Shown here: piece by piece, positions 58,608 through 64,000 of the stretch
How the letters are laid out: each line of letters starts with the position of its first letter
Numbering within the stretch: the first letter of the stretch is position 1
NCBI GenBank assembly: GCA_947643405.1
Contig: CANRVY010000002.1
Location: 10,233 to 74,232 of the forward strand
DNA from: an uncultured Mycoplasmatota bacterium
Lineage (GTDB): Bacteria; Bacillota_I; Bacilli_A; RF39; UBA660
Direction: 5' to 3'
DNA length: 64,000 nt
Program-made: the position numbers and the translations under genes
The notes under the pieces: generated by a model
Told to the model about the DNA's origin: nothing
What the model saw: only the letters and a program-made list of their open reading frames with translations
Databases searched by the model: none

Positions 58608-59645
58608 CTATTCTAAAAAAGTAGGTGTCATATTGACTGGTTCTATCTGAATAAAGGTATTTCCATCATTTACTATAATTTCTGTTCCATCTAAATAAGA
58701 ATATTTTGTTTGGCCACTTCTACTTTCTTTAGACCAGGAGATTGGTACTGCGTAGCCATTTGTTATAAAATAACCATTGCCATTGCCAATATTTTTTAAG
58801 TCTTGTCTTCCATAAGAATCCATAGAATAGTTCTCAACATTTTGAATAATAATATTTTTTGTTGAATACTGTTCTTTTGTTATGCCATCTGTATGTGCCC
58901 AATCATTCATATATCTCATATAGCGTTTTGTTTCTGGATCATATTGATAACTTGTTGTATGTGACCTAGAATAAGGAATCGTTACAGTATTCGCTACCAA
59001 AGCTCCTTCTTTATCATTGATATTCAATTCTTCAATCTTATAATTCAATAATAATTCTTTGTTTGTCTCTCTTATATAACCTCTTTTTTCAGCTAAAGTT
59101 TTTACTAATTCCATACTTGTAAAAGCAGTATGCTCATAAGCTACCCCTAATGTTCGATCTCTCCAAAAACTGTTATCATAAATTCCATTAATATTATTAA
59201 TTCCTAGACTTGAAATATCGGATTGTGCTTTTGGGCTCCAACCGAAATGAACATAAATAGCGTCATTTTCTAAGGCATAATCTAAAAAATAATGTCTAGA
59301 GCTTCGAACAGATCCAATTCGTTCTGTATTTTGGTCTTTAAATAAAGCCATCATTCTAGTAATGCCACCCTCTGTTATAATTTCGTAAACCAAATAAGCG
59401 TCTTTTAAACCAGCGTGATTTTTCCAAGCCGCTTGATTATTGTTAATCATAACAGCATATGGTCTCGATTTAGAATTTTCGTCTACAATTTGTAACTTAG
59501 GAACTGGTTTTTCCTCTTCTACAATTGGCTGACTCTTTTGTTCTCCTTGCTTTTTTTCCTTCTTTATAAATGTTTGATATAAAAGGGGAATACTAACTCC
59601 CAATACTAGTAAACTCAAGATGAATAAAATTATCTTTTTTTTCAC
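58608..59645 (-). CDS. DUF3048 (YerB-like) secreted/anchored protein
   Basis: N-terminal TM/signal. PYAVMINNNQAAWKNHAGL...YEIITEGGITRMMALF is characteristic of the YerB/DUF3048 family. Confidence 0.7.
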   Translation of the reverse strand: MKKKIILFILSLLVLGVSIPLLYQTFIKKEKKQGEQKSQPIVEEEKPVPKLQIVDENSKSRPYAVMINNNQAAWKNHAGLKDAYLVYEIITEGGITRMMALFKDQNTERIGSVRSSRHYFLDYALENDAIYVHFGWSPKAQSDISSLGINNINGIYDNSFWRDRTLGVAYEHTAFTSMELVKTLAEKRGYIRETNKELLLNYKIEELNINDKEGALVANTVTIPYSRSHTTSYQYDPETKRYMRYMNDWAHTDGITKEQYSTKNIIIQNVENYSMDSYGRQDLKNIGNGNGYFITNGYAVPISWSKESRSGQTKYSYLDGTEIIVNDGNTFIQIEPVNMTPTFLE

Positions 59646-59733
59646 TCTCTCACCTTCTATTTTAAGTATAGCAGTTAACTTTGAAAAAAGAAATAAAAAT
59701 TTTCACAAATTTTATCAAAAAAGAGCAAGTTTT

Positions 59734-60882
59734 TTAATTTGAAAAAAGAACTTGCTCAGATTTATATTGTTTAATTATAATTCCAAGAACAATCGTTATA
59801 ATTGCAATTGTTGATATAAGCATTAATAAAATGTGTAAGTAATTTATTGTTCCTGCTGTTATATCTGTGAATAAAAGGGTGAAGTTTAAAAATGGAACAA
59901 GTGATAATAAGGTAGAAGATTCAATTTTAATCATAAACGCTATCATTCCTGGAAAGAAGGAAATAAAAGTAAGTGGAGTTAAAGCGCTTTGTGCTTCTTT
60001 AAATGATTTAGAACGGCTTGCAATTGCAATACATAATCCACTAATTAAAAAAGAATAAGCAATAATTACTAAGGTCGCAAACACAATACTTTCTATTGGT
60101 AACATCAAGTTGATTCCATCATATATTTTAAACATATTTCCAGCAATCATTAAAGAGATAATAGTTAACAATAAACTGACTGCTCCAGTAATAATTGAGG
60201 ATAAGCTAACACTTAAAAATTTGCCAATAATAATATCTTTACTCCTAATTGGAAAAGTGAGTAATGTTTCCAATGTTCCTCTTTCTTTTTCTCCTGCTGT
60301 AGCATCTGTTGCTGGATAAGTAGCAGATACTGTAATTGCCATAATAATAAATAAAAATGCATAATTAATAATGTAGTTAGCATAAAAATTTTCTACTTCT
60401 TTGATGTCTTTGTCTACTGTAATAATAGAAATGACATTGTCTGCATTCATATTATGTTCTTTTAGATATTCTTCTTGTAAATATTCCTTATAAGATGCAA
60501 AAAAATGATCGGTTAATGAAGTAGCATAGCTTGTTGTCTCATTATCATCTCCATGTACAACATACTTATTGCCTTCCTTTGTAATATATAGATCAATACT
60601 TTTTTCTTTATAAGCTTGCTCTAATTCTGCTTTTTCTTTTGTCACAACATCTATCTGCAATTCTTTGGCTATTTCTTTTTCTACCTCAGATAATTCATAA
60701 GAAAAACCAATTTTGTTATATTCCTCTACTGATTTATTAATTTGAGATTCAAATAATGCTGACATTCCAATTACCAATAATGGAATCATAATTGGAATAA
60801 TTAACATCATCGATAATGATTTTTTATCACGAAACATTTCTCTAGTCTCTTTTTTTAACATATTCCATAAATTATTCTTCAT
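59734..60882 (-). CDS. natB: ABC-2 type transporter permease (NatB-like)
   Basis: N-terminal TM, a large extracytoplasmic loop, then 5 C-terminal TM. Overlaps the stop of the upstream ABC ATPase reading frame by 11 nt, as in natAB operons. Confidence 0.75.
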   Translation of the reverse strand: MKNNLWNMLKKETREMFRDKKSLSMMLIIPIMIPLLVIGMSALFESQINKSVEEYNKIGFSYELSEVEKEIAKELQIDVVTKEKAELEQAYKEKSIDLYITKEGNKYVVHGDDNETTSYATSLTDHFFASYKEYLQEEYLKEHNMNADNVISIITVDKDIKEVENFYANYIINYAFLFIIMAITVSATYPATDATAGEKERGTLETLLTFPIRSKDIIIGKFLSVSLSSIITGAVSLLLTIISLMIAGNMFKIYDGINLMLPIESIVFATLVIIAYSFLISGLCIAIASRSKSFKEAQSALTPLTFISFFPGMIAFMIKIESSTLLSLVPFLNFTLLFTDITAGTINYLHILLMLISTIAIITIVLGIIIKQYKSEQVLFSN

Positions 60883-63616
60883 TATTTTTGCCTCCTATCA
60901 AAGAAAAAAATGCATCTCTTAAGTTTGTTGTTTTTGTGTCTTTTTTTATTTTCTCAGGCGTTCCTTCTTTAATGATAATTCCTTTATTGATCATAATAAC
61001 ATAATCACATATGTTTTCTGCTTCTTCCATATAATGCGTAGAATAAAGAATTGTTTTTCCTTTTTTCTTTTCTTCCTTCATAAAGTCCAAAATCACTTGG
61101 CTAGAAATAATATCTAAACCACTTGTTGCTTCATCTAAAATATAATATTTTGGGTTATGAACTAAACAACGTGCGATATTGACTCTTTGTGTTTGCCCTG
61201 TTGAAAGATTGGCAATCCTATTGTAAAGAAAAGCTTCCATGTTTAACGTCTTTGAAATGTTTTTGATTCTGTTATCAATTTCTTCCTTTTCAACTTCATA
61301 TATTTCAGCACACATTTTTAAAAGTTCATAAGTTGATAAAGTATTATAAATTTTGGTATTTCCTGATAAATAGGCAATATTCTTTTTTATTTCAATTTCG
61401 TTTTCAAAATAATTTAACCCATCAAATTCAATCGTTCCAGAAGTCGGTTCTAAAATTCCGCCAATCATTCGAAGCAATGTGGTCTTTCCTGCCCCATTTA
61501 ACAGCAAACTAATTTCTAATTGGGTTGCATATAATTCTTCTATATTGTCATTACATTTTAAGTTCCACTCATATAAATCTTCATCAATTTGCCGAGTTAT
61601 ATTAAATATTTTATTTTCTGATAACGGATTATAAAACCCCACGAAAACTATTACTCTATTTTCTTCTGTTAAATATTCTACATTGTTTTTAACTGTATCA
61701 AATTCTGGTCTTATTTTCTCAATAAGTTCTTCTAATTTTTTCTTTTGTTCTGCAGTTGTATTATCTGTAATTTTAAAGCCTCGTGTCTTTCCTGCTTTTA
61801 TATCATCAACAGTATAATATGTATTATCTAATTTTTGGAGATGAGTAATTTCTCGATTGACACATCCACCTTTATAACATTTAAACTTTTTATAAAAAAC
61901 AGTATTGCGTAAAATTGGATAACCTCTCGTAGGAAAAATTATGGTTTTAAAATGAAGTTGCTTTACTTCGTCAGCTGTAAGCAAATACCGACCAATTAAA
62001 TTTGTTCCTTTACTACCACTAGCATTTGTTAAACTTATAGAATAATTTATAGAATTGCTTTCCAAAGTTTTTGAACCAAGCCTCTTACTAATTGCTTCAG
62101 CTGTTTCTTGAGTGTTCGTTTTTAAGTAGCATAAACCAGTATTATCAAGGACAGATTGTGCTATTTCTTTCCCGTATATACTATCTAATTGAGAAAAGGA
62201 TTGAATATATAGGTGAAATCGCATTCCCCTAGAACGTGCAACACTAACCATTTTTTCAATACTCGGATCTAAAAATGGTGGACAGTTAGCAAATTCATCA
62301 AGTAAAAAATCTATTTGAACTGGTAAAATTTTATCTTCTTGTTCATTAGCAAGTTTTACTAATTCCTTATAAATTAGACCTACAAGAATTGTAACAAAGC
62401 TAAAGTACGTTTTATCTTCATCTGGAACAATAACGTATAAAACTGTTTTTTCTCTACCTAAAATATCAAAAGGAAAATCAGAACTAGAAGTAATATTAGC
62501 AACATTCACATCATCAAACAAGGACATTTTCTCATTAAAAACGCTGGTAATAGATTTATATGTATTTTCACTACTAGAAATAATAGATAATAAAGAATCT
62601 TTACTTTTAGAACCATAAGGTTTGGATTCAATATAATTTTTAAATACTTCAGTGTTTTCTTCTGTCATAGAACTATTTTGAAATTTTTTTATAGAAGTAA
62701 GAGTAATCTTATCTCTAGTAATTCTATTATCTTTATAATCTTCTAAAAATAAACCTATAAGTCCCTCTAATAAATTTCTAGCTGAATTATTCCAAAAAGG
62801 ATCTTTCGATTCTTTATCATTCGTAATCATAGAACTAATAGAACTAATCAAACGGTTACACTCTGCATAATGTGTCATAGATAAATTTTCTTGATTAAAT
62901 TGTTCATCACAAACTTCAACTAACCTATCTACTAAAACACTATAATCATTATCTAAATATGATAGATAATCTTCTTTTGAAAAACTTGGTTCTTCCTTTA
63001 AAATATCATTGATTTTATTTTTTATATATTCGCTTTCAGAATTTATAATTACCTTTCTTTTTTCTATAATATCCTTTTCATCTTCCAAACGTTTTATATT
63101 GTTTTCACACTGAATATGCTTATCAAATTCTAAAATACATGGCTCTAATAGATTTATCTTTTTAGATTTTTCTGGACATCTAAAGTCAACAGTTAATACC
63201 TTATAACCATTATTTTCAAACATTTTACTTGTTTTAGAAAATATTTCTGCCTTTGGATCCGTTACAAAAACTGAGCGTTTAGTTTTAGCATTTGCTAGAA
63301 AACTGCATAAAGGAATTACACTCGTAGAAGACTTTCCGGAACCACTACTCCCTAAATAACACCAATGTGGCGTTTCATCATCAAACCATACTTTATTTAA
63401 AAACTTATCGAAATAAATAGGAAATCCTATTTTATTAAGATGGTTTAAATCTTCTTTTCTAAAGTTCTTTTTTATTTCACCTATACTAGACCACCTAGCT
63501 GAGCCATGCTCATTTTTGTTATTTAATTTTTGCCTTATAAATTTTGGTTCAATATAATAAAGAAAGAAAATCATTAAAACAATTATAAGTAATACTAAAT
63601 TTAATTCCCAACTCAT
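60872..63616 (-). CDS. Chimeric ORF: VirD4/TraG-type conjugative coupling protein (aa 1 to about 700) fused to a 5'-truncated NatA-like ABC ATPase (aa about 705-914)
   Basis: T4CP part: TM, HGSARWSS, GSSGSGKSS, DPKAEIF, IDFLLDEFAN, RSRGMRFHLYIQSFSQL. ABC part: (L)LNGAGKTT, LSTGQTQR, ILDEATSGLD, STHYMEEA. The N-terminal 35-40 aa of the NBD and the first P-loop Gly are missing. Confidence 0.8.
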   Translation of the reverse strand: MSWELNLVLLIIVLMIFFLYYIEPKFIRQKLNNKNEHGSARWSSIGEIKKNFRKEDLNHLNKIGFPIYFDKFLNKVWFDDETPHWCYLGSSGSGKSSTSVIPLCSFLANAKTKRSVFVTDPKAEIFSKTSKMFENNGYKVLTVDFRCPEKSKKINLLEPCILEFDKHIQCENNIKRLEDEKDIIEKRKVIINSESEYIKNKINDILKEEPSFSKEDYLSYLDNDYSVLVDRLVEVCDEQFNQENLSMTHYAECNRLISSISSMITNDKESKDPFWNNSARNLLEGLIGLFLEDYKDNRITRDKITLTSIKKFQNSSMTEENTEVFKNYIESKPYGSKSKDSLLSIISSSENTYKSITSVFNEKMSLFDDVNVANITSSSDFPFDILGREKTVLYVIVPDEDKTYFSFVTILVGLIYKELVKLANEQEDKILPVQIDFLLDEFANCPPFLDPSIEKMVSVARSRGMRFHLYIQSFSQLDSIYGKEIAQSVLDNTGLCYLKTNTQETAEAISKRLGSKTLESNSINYSISLTNASGSKGTNLIGRYLLTADEVKQLHFKTIIFPTRGYPILRNTVFYKKFKCYKGGCVNREITHLQKLDNTYYTVDDIKAGKTRGFKITDNTTAEQKKKLEELIEKIRPEFDTVKNNVEYLTEENRVIVFVGFYNPLSENKIFNITRQIDEDLYEWNLKCNDNIEELYATQLEISLLLNGAGKTTLLRMIGGILEPTSGTIEFDGLNYFENEIEIKKNIAYLSGNTKIYNTLSTYELLKMCAEIYEVEKEEIDNRIKNISKTLNMEAFLYNRIANLSTGQTQRVNIARCLVHNPKYYILDEATSGLDIISSQVILDFMKEEKKKGKTILYSTHYMEEAENICDYVIMINKGIIIKEGTPEKIKKDTKTTNLRDAFFSLIGGKNNEE

Positions 63617-64000
63617 AATATTCTATCCTTTATTATTGACGTTTACAATTTCCTCTAGCGATGCCTTAAATTGCTTTTTTATTTCTATAAGTAGATTATT
63701 AACAAACTTTTGTATAATATCTTTTTCGGTTTCATTTTTTTGTTCTAATTTTATTATTTCCTTTTCTATTTTTTTTAAATAGTTATTGATACCTTTTATA
63801 TATCTTTCACTATCTTCTAATTTCTTTTGTAAATTTTGAAATTCATTATTTAATCTTAAAAAATCCATATTATTATCACTCCCTTTTAAAAAATAAGAAA
63901 TTGCTCAATAGGCAAGTATATGATAAAATTCATCGCAAGTAGCTTATGAATATATTCTGTTTACAAACTGAATAACTCATATACTTGGGTTCCTATTGTC
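61499..64000. mobile_element. Terminal part of a conjugative element (ICE/plasmid-derived) or its remnant; extends beyond the right window edge
   Basis: The coupling-protein gene and upstream small coiled-coil ORF abut a broken chromosomal natA. Boundary inferred from the point where ABC-ATPase homology starts (about 61496-61530). Confidence 0.5.
63623..63868 (-). CDS. Small coiled-coil protein upstream of the coupling-protein gene
   Basis: 81 aa with heptad-like charged repeats, 6 nt upstream of the T4CP start. Function unknown. Confidence 0.4.
   Translation of the reverse strand: MDFLRLNNEFQNLQKKLEDSERYIKGINNYLKKIEKEIIKLEQKNETEKDIIQKFVNNLLIEIKKQFKASLEEIVNVNNKG

Overview
Very AT-rich, low-GC Firmicutes (Bacillota) chromosomal segment. 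It holds about 75 protein genes, nearly all on the minus strand, and one tRNA-Arg(CCT). I saw no rRNA, CRISPR array, transposase or integrase. Most of the window is housekeeping, and several blocks are syntenic with Bacillus subtilis: spoVB / yrzE / comN / secDF / relA / dtd, and lexA / tkt / sirA / yneF. Other housekeeping genes include rnhC, trxA, tgt, queH, murF, rluD, lspA, uppP and gmk. A large NAD salvage and recycling supercluster (nrtR-like, pncC, nadD, nadK, nadE, Nudix, pncB, pncA) lies at 41-48 kb.

The features that look non-ordinary are:
(1) A 914-aa ORF at the right edge fuses a VirD4/TraG-type conjugative coupling protein in frame to a 5'-truncated NatA-like ABC ATPase. This marks a mobile-element/chromosome junction near 61.5 kb.
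(2) An unannotated 48-aa membrane peptide lies divergent from lexA. It is driven by a perfect consensus promoter whose spacer is a perfect LexA (Cheo) box, which makes it a candidate SOS cell-division inhibitor. A SirA-like gene follows it.
(3) A tight four-gene operon of unknown function (48.6-51.8 kb: triple bacterial-PH protein, two unknowns, HhH-GPD-like protein) abuts the NAD cluster. A further unknown gene leads the pncA-pncB-Nudix operon.
(4) A decayed RhuM-family gene fragment sits in the 416-nt gap inside the NAD cluster.
(5) A plus-strand two-gene islet encodes membrane-tethered permuted-papain-like and PD-(D/E)xK-like proteins.
(6) There are two orphan prepilin paralogues.

All functional calls come from motifs read by eye in the supplied translations, with no database search. 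I cannot show that any of these is a genuinely novel system. The four-gene operon and the coupling-protein junction are the best candidates.
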